Positions 47,401 to 54,271 of a stretch of 54,271 nucleotides of DNA are shown in pieces (the stretch's first letter is position 1; each line of letters opens with the position of its first letter). The position numbers and the translations under genes are program-made. The notes below the pieces were generated by a model. The model worked only from the letters and a program-made list of their open reading frames with translations. It made no database searches and was not told the origin of the DNA. Source of the stretch: a virus (taxonomy: Duplodnaviria > Caudoviricetes); IMG/VR virus record IMGVR_UViG_3300023172_000037, positions 1 to 54,271 of that record, one strand, 5' to 3'.

Positions 47401-48341
47401 CCTATCATATCCTCCATAGAATCAAACATATCGAAGTCTACTTTTTGAGGTGGGAATCCGTCAAAACTAGATAATGCGTAAGCTTGTCTTTGACGCAACA
47501 TTCCTGCGGCATCTGACTCGCGAATCCAGAATGATCCTTCAGGCTGGTCTAATACTTTAGGTCCACTATTCCATCTCCCCCAACTGTTAATGATTAAAAA
47601 TAGGGTTTCATTAAGCCTTTGTCTTGTATCGTCAACAGCGGCCCAACACATACAGTGATTCCAGCTTGTAGTTCTTCTAGCGATTCCATGCTTATCTCTT
47701 CTAGAGGAGAATCCATAGTTACTCCCTACTGTCAGAGCGTATCCATTCGCAATAGCATCACGTGCTTCTTCTACGGTAGTAACAAGTGAGGCTGTTTGGA
47801 AAGAGTGTTCTTTTGCCTTTTGAACAACCTTATCAGGAACTCCACGAGATCCCCAACCCATACCAATTCGAGCATTATATTCTGAAAGATCAAGATCAAT
47901 GTCTTCATAATTTTTTCTGAGTAAAAGTCCAGCGTCACCCGTAACAAATCTTGCTGCACGTACAACAGACATTCCCTGTCCAGAATGCCCACGAGCACCA
48001 TAAATGGGTTCTGTAGCTGATCTAACCAAAAACGACTCTGCTTCTCCACTTACAATTTCTGCTGCTCTGGTAAGGTCTGCCGCATTTCTAGTCCCGTGAC
48101 TTGTGCAATCACCAGTGTCTTGTTTTTCTGTCTCTCCAAATTTAGGATCATATTGCTTAATCAATTTATGAAGCAAAACAAGCTTACCTTTACCTGAATC
48201 TTCAAGATTATACGCTGCCGCACCAAATAAAGGATGCTTCGCTTCTCCTAAAAACTCATCTAATTCTTTTGCACCAAAGGGAGTACCCGGAAGTCCGTTT
48301 TCGTATGCTCTACGAATATCTAAAGGTGTATCAAATGGCAT
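47397..48341 (-). CDS. papain-like (C1) cysteine protease
   Basis: Q-DTGD-C (QxxxxC), WNHCM, IINSWG..W: Cys-His-Asn triad. Confidence 0.8.
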   Translation of the reverse strand: MPFDTPLDIRRAYENGLPGTPFGAKELDEFLGEAKHPLFGAAAYNLEDSGKGKLVLLHKLIKQYDPKFGETEKQDTGDCTSHGTRNAADLTRAAEIVSGEAESFLVRSATEPIYGARGHSGQGMSVVRAARFVTGDAGLLLRKNYEDIDLDLSEYNARIGMGWGSRGVPDKVVQKAKEHSFQTASLVTTVEEARDAIANGYALTVGSNYGFSSRRDKHGIARRTTSWNHCMCWAAVDDTRQRLNETLFLIINSWGRWNSGPKVLDQPEGSFWIRESDAAGMLRQRQAYALSSFDGFPPQKVDFDMFDSMEDMIG

Positions 48342-49404
48342 TAATTATCTCCTGTGATGTATTTTTCCATGAATACTTATTAGCGGTAAAGACACCACCA
48401 ACATTAGGAGATAATGTACCATCCTGCTTTGTAACATGGATTGTTCTCAAATATTGTATTAATTGATCCATAGAATCTTCATTAAAATCAGCCCATCCCC
48501 CTTGACCCTTGAACCAAATATTGTCTACGGCTGGAACATTTTCTGAACCACAATCAATCAAAAGCGAATTATCGTGATTGCAAAATTCTGTATGAGCGGA
48601 GTAGTTAGTCGCAATAACGTGTTTTCCACACGCCATCATTTCCAAAAGTTCAAGATTCCAACCTTCTGCTCGGGCTGGAAACACACCACAATCGGCCTGT
48701 CTCATTATATTATACACATCCTCATGTGATCTTTGCCTTGGTATTATATTTATTTTACGGCCTAATTTGGATGTTTTGTAGGCGTTTTGCCACGACTCAT
48801 TAGTGTAAGGCATTCCCGGCTGTAGAAAAGGATTATATGAGAGCATCCAAAGTTCGACATTATCATCATCGTTAAATGCTTTATTGAAAGCTTCTAATAG
48901 GATATCATGCCCCTTACGGATTTCCCACTTTCCACAATTTATAAATACTGTGGAATCTCTTGAGATAGGATTAGCAGAAGAAAAAAGGGAGGAGTCAACA
49001 CCGAGAGGAATCACGTGAATTTTTGACGAATCAAAATCTGGTAGGTTTTTCTCAACTACCTCTTTTGCCCATTTTGAACACACGAATAATCTATCACAAT
49101 GTCTCAGGCTAGATTTCTCTAGAGGACTGAAAGTATCTAGTTCAAAAATAGGGAATCCGATATTCTCACCATGACCAACGTGAGTTTGTAGGGAATCCTG
49201 ATGCCACAAGCTTATGCAGGGGGCTTCCAAATTTGGTTTCTGTTGACGTTCAATTGCTTCTACAATAAAATCGTCTTGAAACTCAACTTCGCTAGAAACA
49301 GGATATAGAGTTATATCATGTTCTTTTGAGAGTTCTTTAATTATATTGTATGCCGCAATGCCATATCCAGTCGAACAGATCGGGGCTATAATATTAATCT
49401 CCAT
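48331..49404 (-). CDS. GT4 glycosyltransferase
   Basis: TGYG, GKWEIRKG, PARAEGWNLELLEMMACG. Confidence 0.88.
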   Translation of the reverse strand: MEINIIAPICSTGYGIAAYNIIKELSKEHDITLYPVSSEVEFQDDFIVEAIERQQKPNLEAPCISLWHQDSLQTHVGHGENIGFPIFELDTFSPLEKSSLRHCDRLFVCSKWAKEVVEKNLPDFDSSKIHVIPLGVDSSLFSSANPISRDSTVFINCGKWEIRKGHDILLEAFNKAFNDDDNVELWMLSYNPFLQPGMPYTNESWQNAYKTSKLGRKINIIPRQRSHEDVYNIMRQADCGVFPARAEGWNLELLEMMACGKHVIATNYSAHTEFCNHDNSLLIDCGSENVPAVDNIWFKGQGGWADFNEDSMDQLIQYLRTIHVTKQDGTLSPNVGGVFTANKYSWKNTSQEIINAI

Positions 49405-49570
49405 CTACATACTTTCCTTCGATTACATAGTAATCAGCTTCGTCGTATCCAGACACAAAACATCCAGACACGAAACCATCACCATAAGCCCTTGCTTCTT
49501 CTGGAGTGTCAAACTCCTGAGGGTCTTCAACTAAACCGTCTGGACACTCAATAATGCAAGTATAAATCAT
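49394..49570 (-). CDS. small acidic hypothetical protein
   Basis: Coupled ORF. Confidence 0.5.
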   Translation of the reverse strand: MIYTCIIECPDGLVEDPQEFDTPEEARAYGDGFVSGCFVSGYDEADYYVIEGKYVDGD

Positions 49571-49755
49571 GTTAATTCCCACCTTTCATCCTCATCAACT
49601 ATATCATCTACGACACAAATAGCTATAGTGTCGTAGAGACTGACCTTGTGAGAATATTCATCGACTATATCGTGAATATCTTCCCAATCATCACATTCCA
49701 CGTAATCAATTACGTCACCATCCTCAGACCACCATTCTACTGACCAACTTATCAT
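49567..49755 (-). CDS. small acidic hypothetical protein
   Basis: 62-aa ORF with GAGG RBS. Confidence 0.5.
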   Translation of the reverse strand: MISWSVEWWSEDGDVIDYVECDDWEDIHDIVDEYSHKVSLYDTIAICVVDDIVDEDERWELT

Positions 49756-49771
49756 TCAGCCTCATCCTCTC

Positions 49772-50254
49772 TTATAGTTCAAAAACCTTTACATTAATAT
49801 CCTTGTCCACCCAACATTCTATAATCATACGCTCAATCGCACACCAATTACCACCGGCAAGACCTGATCCAAATTTTGGGCAATAAATCTCGTCGGGAGA
49901 ATGCTTTCCGTTCATGTTTGCACGCACCTTCCGCATACACTCCATTAAGGCAAAATATCTTAACGGATGCTTGCCATCAACTCCTCTCTGTGCAATCATA
50001 TTTGATACAATATTACCGTCTTCTATCCATGAGTTATTGATAGACCCCAGAGGATCAGCATTCCCACACTTTTTCATACTGGCGAGAAAATTATGGTAAT
50101 CCTGTTTTGGCTTTTCTGAGTATGTATCTATAGCTAGAACAAATCCAGCACCCCACGCTCCAATATCATTACAGACATGTGGTATCATTACTTTTCTATC
50201 TTTGGGGAGATTCTGAAATAGGTCTCCTTTGATATACTTTAATTCTGCTGCCAT
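49772..50254 (-). CDS. macrodomain ADP-ribose hydrolase (Poa1p/DarG-like)
   Basis: IKGDLF, HVCNDIGAWGAGFV, PKFGSGLAGGNW. Confidence 0.85.
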   Translation of the reverse strand: MAAELKYIKGDLFQNLPKDRKVMIPHVCNDIGAWGAGFVLAIDTYSEKPKQDYHNFLASMKKCGNADPLGSINNSWIEDGNIVSNMIAQRGVDGKHPLRYFALMECMRKVRANMNGKHSPDEIYCPKFGSGLAGGNWCAIERMIIECWVDKDINVKVFEL

Positions 50255-51198
50255 TTCTCGACTCTTTCTTTTATTTGATCTCTAAAAACCCTTGGATACA
50301 AGAATGATTTATCAAGATCCTTCATATATCTATGAGTTTTGATTATGTTTTCGGTCGTGATCATCTTTGAGGCTTCATCAAGAGTATCATAGAAGAAAGG
50401 ATAATCCTTACCAAGATACTCTTCAAATGCCTCGTGCCTATTCAAAAGCAGTGGTGTATTTCTTGCCAAACACTCGACCACTCCAGTAGATGCTGCCGCA
50501 TCATAAACTTTCATGAATCCTATGTTCTCGGATAAAAATTCGTCAAAAACTTCATTATTGAGATAATCTACAGGTGTCCACACTTGAGCATCAAGCTTTT
50601 TATCGATATACCCCCAATCTGGAGACATCTCTTCTATTTTTTTTCTATAGTAGTACGAATACTGAAAATTCCCCGGAAACCATGCTTTGAAAAACTCCGT
50701 GTCTACATCTATTATAGCATAGTAGTCCCTCAAAAACGAGCCTAATTGTATAATTCTTTTCCTATTATTTGAAAAAAATCTCTGTTCGTTCCATTTGAGT
50801 AGGGGAAATTCTGTGGGGTAAAAAACCTTAGCTACCGGAACATCAACCTGACTCTCGATAAATCTCTTTAAGTAGTCGGTCATTACAAATAAACCGAGAC
50901 AATGCTTTAAGGATTCCTGAAATGCGGGCCTCGCTAAAATTGACTGAGGAGTATGACAGTTATCCCACCACGTAGGACAGTTTGGAGGAATGTGAAAAAA
51001 TCCAACCCAAGGTTCTTTATACGGAATTTTTCTAAATCCACCCGAATAATAGTTGTGAAAATCCCAAGAATGCGTTCTTTCAATAAAGTCATCAAACAGA
51101 ATTCCATTCTTACTATGAAGCGGTCTGAGAGCATTTATCGCAACTTTCCAGCCCGATCTGTGACTATCAAAACCCTTGCAGTTAGATAGATTAAGCAC
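50239..51198 (-). CDS. putative GT-B glycosyltransferase-like protein
   Basis: HRSGW; PWVGFFH; VVECLARNTPLL..EYLGKDYP. Confidence 0.55.
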   Translation of the reverse strand: MLNLSNCKGFDSHRSGWKVAINALRPLHSKNGILFDDFIERTHSWDFHNYYSGGFRKIPYKEPWVGFFHIPPNCPTWWDNCHTPQSILARPAFQESLKHCLGLFVMTDYLKRFIESQVDVPVAKVFYPTEFPLLKWNEQRFFSNNRKRIIQLGSFLRDYYAIIDVDTEFFKAWFPGNFQYSYYYRKKIEEMSPDWGYIDKKLDAQVWTPVDYLNNEVFDEFLSENIGFMKVYDAAASTGVVECLARNTPLLLNRHEAFEEYLGKDYPFFYDTLDEASKMITTENIIKTHRYMKDLDKSFLYPRVFRDQIKERVEKWQQN

Positions 51199-52100
51199 TA
51201 TATAATCGCTCCTCCCTCAATAGCTTCACAAAACCCTAAATTGTACAATGTCTTAAACACAACCAATTTCTTCGCGTATTCTTTTTTCTTTTGCTCATCC
51301 TTAATATTCTCATTCATAGCAACCCATACCGGCATCGAATAATCAAACCTCTCAGAGTTGTTTACATACTTCTCCCAGACTATCCTCTCAGTATCATCAT
51401 GGATTATTGCGTCGAGATACCCTGCCTCATAGAAATATAAACACATAGCGTTATGAGTAAACTCTTCGTCATTGAAAACGTATTTTGCTCTGATAGCGTC
51501 TGAATAAACAATATCTCCAACCTTTGATAAACTGTTCACAAGCTTTCCGTTCTTGTAGACTTTACCGAGCTTAGGATTATTTATCGACTGATAACCACCA
51601 GCATCATTAAAGTTTTTCTGAGGAATTATCAAATTATTGAGTCTAGGCCAATAGTTTTCATCGTTCGTAATATTGAGCACTGAACAATTATACATATCTA
51701 TTGAGTAGGATTTGTAGATTTTAAGAATATCCTCAACGAACCAATCTGGTTTCTTTTGCGAGGAATTGTTATTAATAGGTCCACAGAGAGTAGCCAAAGG
51801 AAAAAGGGTAGAGAGAGCGACCGCTTTTTCTAGATAGGAGTTTGGTAGATAGAGTTTTTCATCGACGATAATAACTGAGTCGGTCGTGACCTTAGGAAGT
51901 GGTTTATTACCATCTCTGACTTCAACCGCAATATCCAGTTCTTTAGCCTGTTGCTTGATAGCTTCCGCAGCGGGAATAGAAAGATTTCTCTTATTTTTTT
52001 CGGAGGCAATACCAAAAGTATCCACAATCCGATCTTCTCGAATTGCAGATGTTTGCGTTTTATAACGATTGGGCAGTAAAATTAGTGTTAGTGTTTTCAA
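51198..52100 (-). CDS. degenerate GT2-like protein
   Basis: IIVDE..LPNSYL, PDWF, AGGY. Confidence 0.45.
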   Translation of the reverse strand: MKTLTLILLPNRYKTQTSAIREDRIVDTFGIASEKNKRNLSIPAAEAIKQQAKELDIAVEVRDGNKPLPKVTTDSVIIVDEKLYLPNSYLEKAVALSTLFPLATLCGPINNNSSQKKPDWFVEDILKIYKSYSIDMYNCSVLNITNDENYWPRLNNLIIPQKNFNDAGGYQSINNPKLGKVYKNGKLVNSLSKVGDIVYSDAIRAKYVFNDEEFTHNAMCLYFYEAGYLDAIIHDDTERIVWEKYVNNSERFDYSMPVWVAMNENIKDEQKKKEYAKKLVVFKTLYNLGFCEAIEGGAII

Positions 52101-52285
52101 AATACGACCTTTACTCTTGGGTTTTCGCTTGCGGCTCCACAGATTGCAATCCCTTTATTTTTTACACCAAGAAATTCTAGGGCATAATATAGTCCTGAGA
52201 TAACATCATCTACATTGCCATGATAGTCACTAACTGGAAACCATTCTCCAGTGAGCGGTCCTGTTTTTAGCTGTTCTTTTTTCAT
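52097..52285 (-). CDS. small hypothetical protein
   Basis: 62-aa ORF with GGAAGG RBS. Confidence 0.5.
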   Translation of the reverse strand: MKKEQLKTGPLTGEWFPVSDYHGNVDDVISGLYYALEFLGVKNKGIAICGAASENPRVKVVF

Positions 52286-52299
52286 CTTCTACCTTCCAT

Positions 52300-52325
52300 A
52301 AAAAAAGCAACCTTCTCAGGTTGCT
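52300..52325 (-). terminator. intrinsic terminator closing the tRNA/ncRNA operon
   Basis: AGCAACC-TGAGAA-GGTTGCT followed by a T run. Confidence 0.85.
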
Positions 52326-52335
52326 AGGTTGTATG

Positions 52336-52494
<159 letters not shown>

Positions 52495-52499
52495 ACGAG

Positions 52500-52570
52500 A
52501 GGCCAAGCGGGGTTACGATCCCCGGATTACACTATACCAAAGTGTCGTATTACCATTATACTACAAGGCC
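52500..52570 (-). tRNA. tRNA-Thr(GGT), atypical
   Basis: Anticodon arm ACACT-TTGGTAT-AGTGT; two U.U mismatches in the acceptor stem; T-loop ATCGTAA. Confidence 0.75.
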
Positions 52571-52575
52571 AAAAA

Positions 52576-52646
52576 ATGCTCCACTGAGATTTGAACTCAG
52601 GCTAACAGTGTCAGAGACTGTGGTGCTACCGTTACACTATGGAGCA
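52576..52646 (-). tRNA. tRNA-Gln(CTG)
   Basis: TGCTCCA/TGGAGCA acceptor; ACAGT-CTCTGAC-ACTGT; GTTCAAATC. Confidence 0.9.
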
Positions 52647-52651
52647 ATAAG

Positions 52652-52740
52652 TACGGGGATCAGGAATCGAGCCTGTCCAGAACCTCCCACTGTTTTGTAG
52701 CTGGAACGTGTTATAAGCACGCCTGTGGGCAATCCCCGTA
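52652..52740 (-). ncRNA. D-armless tRNA-like RNA with TAT anticodon and long variable arm
   Basis: TACGGGGAT/ATCCCCGTA; GCGTG-CTTATAA-CACGT; TCCAG..CTGGA; CAGG-CTCGATT-CCTG. Confidence 0.65.
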
Positions 52741-52767
52741 TGTGAGCCAGTTTTACCTGACGCCCTC

Positions 52768-52796
52768 ATTATAGCAAATTATCTTTGCTTTGTCAA
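52768..52796 (-). promoter_or_regulatory. consensus sigma70-type promoter driving the last RNAs of the array
   Basis: TTGACA (52796-52791), 17-nt spacer, TATAAT (52773-52768). Confidence 0.9.
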
Positions 52797-52872
52797 ATCA
52801 TTATCTTTTTTGTCTACAGTTTTTCTGATTTTTCGTTCCATTGTCTTTCCAAAATTATATCTTTCTTTTAAG

Positions 52873-52944
52873 TGCGATAGCGGGTAATCGAAACCCGATC
52901 TCCAACTTGGCAAGCTGGCATAATAGCCGTTATACTACTACCGC
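52873..52944 (-). tRNA. tRNA-Gly(GCC)
   Basis: GCGGTAG/CTATCGC; CCAGC-TTGCCAA-GTTGG; A73. Confidence 0.9.
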
Positions 52945-52952
52945 ATTATAAG

Positions 52953-53025
52953 TGGAGACGACAGGAATCGAACCTGCATTCCCTGTGCTTCAGACAGGAG
53001 CATTGACCACGTTTGCTACATCTCC
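52953..53025 (-). tRNA. tRNA-Phe(GAA)
   Basis: GGAGATG/CGTCTCC; CCTGT-CTGAAGC-ACAGG; GGTTCGATTCC. Confidence 0.9.
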
Positions 53026-53028
53026 ATA

Positions 53029-53106
53029 AGAGGCTTGAGAGGATCGAACTCTTTAACGCTGATTTTGCAGACCAGTGGCATCCCAGACGCCTTATGTGCA
53101 AGCCTC
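53029..53106 (-). tRNA. tRNA-Cys(GCA), non-canonical D arm (8/4-type)
   Basis: GAGGCTTG/CAAGCCTC with U73; CTGGT-CTGCAAA-ATCAG; D arm GGCGTC-TGG-GATGCC. Confidence 0.7.
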
Positions 53107-53110
53107 ACAA

Positions 53111-53135
53111 GCGGAAGGTGGGGGAATCGAAAACC
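53111..53135 (-). pseudogene. 3' remnant of a tRNA (Ser-like acceptor)
   Basis: GGTTTTCGATTCCCCCACCTTCCGC with no matching 5' half. Confidence 0.55.
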
Positions 53136-53177
53136 AAATTTCATCCAATCATTCCAATTTTTATGTATATTATAAAG

Positions 53178-53266
53178 CAGCGAGTAAGAGAATCGAACTC
53201 TCACCGTATTTTACCCCGGAACATCTTAGCAGGATGCCGCAACAAACCAATATTTGCCTACTCGCT
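53178..53266 (-). tRNA. tRNA-Ser(GCT), possible 8/4 fold
   Basis: AGCGAGTA/TACTCGCT with G73; GCATC-CTGCTAA-GATGT; long variable arm. Confidence 0.85.
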
Positions 53267-53278
53267 ATAGGAGCACAC

Positions 53279-53344
53279 ATGAAACTCATATGTACTAATT
53301 GTAAAAATAGTTTTGAAAGATCTATTCGCCTAACTTCCATATAA
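53279..53344 (+). pseudogene. 21-codon remnant of a CxxC (HNH-type) endonuclease N-terminus
   Basis: AGGAG RBS then MKLICTNCKNSFERSIRLTSI-stop, antisense between tRNAs. Confidence 0.4.
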
Positions 53345-53345
53345 G

Positions 53346-53412
53346 TACCAGAAGTGAGAATCGAACTCACCTATCAGCCGCATGAAAGCTAATTTCTCCC
53401 AGAGATACTGGC
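53346..53412 (-). tRNA. tRNA-CAT (Met/Ile2) with minimal D arm
   Basis: TAGCT-TTCATGC-GGCTG; GTGAG-TTCGATT-CTCAC; D region only TCTC-TGG-GAGA; 67 nt. Confidence 0.65.
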
Positions 53413-53413
53413 A

Positions 53414-53456
53414 TGGTGGATCTCCTATCAACGATCAACTTGATTACCAGAGATCC
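53414..53456 (-). ncRNA. 43-nt armless tRNA-like RNA with encoded CCA
   Basis: GGATCTC/GAGATCC-A-CCA; inner ATCAA/TTGAT stem. Confidence 0.45.
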
Positions 53457-53475
53457 GAGTTTCTATAGAAACAAG

Positions 53476-53557
53476 TGCCGCTGTACGGAATCGAACCGCT
53501 TGTCCTCTCGGCAGGAGATTTACAGTCTCCTTGGTTTCCCACAACACTAGCAACGGC
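53476..53557 (-). tRNA. tRNA-Tyr(GTA)
   Basis: GCCGTTG/CAGCGGC with A73; GGAGA-CTGTAAA-TCTCC; long variable arm. Confidence 0.85.
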
Positions 53558-53581
53558 ATGTGACCCTTTCGGGTCTCTCTC

Positions 53582-53884
53582 TTACGAGAGGAGTTTTAGA
53601 ACCTTTTCACGAACGTCTCCGAAACGTGTATCAGCATCTAAAACATTGTCAGAGTTAAGGTACTTCTCTTTCGAGATAGTTTCACATGGTCTACCATCTA
53701 GTGGTCCATAACAAGAACAATGACCTAGTTGATAGATATGTAAGATGTCTCCATCATACGCTATCAACTCTCCATCGCCCTCATAGCCATAGTTTTCATA
53801 GTGATATACGACCCATTCGTAATTGTCTCCAATACACTCAAAATCGTAATCCTGTAACTCCTCACACAAACAATACTTCTTCAT
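53582..53884 (-). CDS. hypothetical protein inside the tRNA array
   Basis: GGAGG RBS; YENYGYEGDG, GHCSCYGP motif. Confidence 0.7.
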   Translation of the reverse strand: MKKYCLCEELQDYDFECIGDNYEWVVYHYENYGYEGDGELIAYDGDILHIYQLGHCSCYGPLDGRPCETISKEKYLNSDNVLDADTRFGDVREKVLKLLS

Positions 53885-54036
53885 TTTACTTCCTCCATAG
53901 TTAAGATTAGTTATTCAGAACTACGATTAACTTGGATTAGCAAAAGAAAAAATATATAAAAGGTTTGAGTGCTACTACTAATGCTACTACGTTAGCATAC
54001 ACTCCATAATATAAGCAGCTTAATAATTATGACCTA

Positions 54037-54105
54037 CTGTCGTAGGAGGAATCGAACCTCCGTCTCCGGTATACTCCCGGTATCCTACCTTTAGACGATA
54101 CGACG
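54037..54105 (-). tRNA. tRNA-like RNA with aberrant anticodon loop (undetermined)
   Basis: GTCGTA/TACGAC acceptor, normal D and T arms, anticodon arm CCGG-GAGTATA-CCGG. Confidence 0.6.
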
Positions 54106-54238
54106 ACTCAAGGTTAATTACTCCTTGAGGTTTGCTTTCGACTTGATAAAAGAGCCATTCGTTAATTGTTATAACCTAGTTGGATTAGATATCATTACCA
54201 AACAAAGGTCAATGGTTTTTAGCAAGTTTACTTGCAAG

Positions 54239-54271
54239 TACCGCATGTGGGAATCGAACCCAACTCCTCCC
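54239..54271 (-). tRNA. tRNA, 3' part only (window edge)
   Basis: TTGGGTTCGATTCCCACATGCGGTA T arm and acceptor strand. Confidence 0.7.

Noticed and set aside
651-51189. Numerous plus-strand ORFs of 60-160 aa in the ORF track
   Set aside because: They are antisense shadows of well-supported, tightly coupled minus-strand genes, with no motifs or RBS
52652-52740. tmRNA or tRNA-Sec
   Set aside because: Too short for tmRNA, with no tag reading frame or G3.U70; the anticodon is TAT, not TCA
52779-52841. 20-aa minus-strand ORF MERKIRKTVDKKDNDLTKQR
   Set aside because: Very short and overlaps the promoter; weak RBS; cannot be supported
53013-53711. ORFs 53013-53270, 53016-53204, 53075-53344, 53170-53370 and 53475-53711
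   Set aside because: They overlap tRNA genes and are spurious translations

Overview
This is a 54-kb segment of a large (jumbo-type) tailed bacteriophage genome: AT-rich, genetic code 11, with nearly all genes tightly packed on the minus strand. From left to right it carries four blocks. (1) ~1-23.6 kb: a very large glycan-biosynthesis island with NDP-sugar epimerases, GDP-fucose synthase, many GT2/GT4/GT32/GT34/GT47-like glycosyltransferases, a sulfotransferase, an FkbM methyltransferase and an NTP-transferase, plus an ssDNA-annealing protein and homing endonucleases. (2) ~23.6-43.4 kb: replication and nucleotide genes (SSB, a DnaE split into two genes with a DnaQ-like exonuclease between them, a RecB/Cas4-like nuclease, dNMP kinase, primase, DnaB, RecA, PhoH, class II RNR). 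(3) ~43.5-52.3 kb: membrane/structural genes, a sigma-like factor, a papain-like protease, a macrodomain and more glycosyltransferases. (4) 52.3-54.3 kb: a tRNA array. The most striking elements are in that array. One is a free-standing 159-nt RNA that reproduces the 23S rRNA GTPase-associated centre (H43/H44, the uL11/thiostrepton site) with a 91-nt structured insertion. The others are a 43-nt armless CCA-ending tRNA-like RNA, a D-armless UAU tRNA-like RNA with a possible pseudoknot, and a tRNA body with a broken anticodon loop. All calls come from motif recognition by eye; no database search was run.
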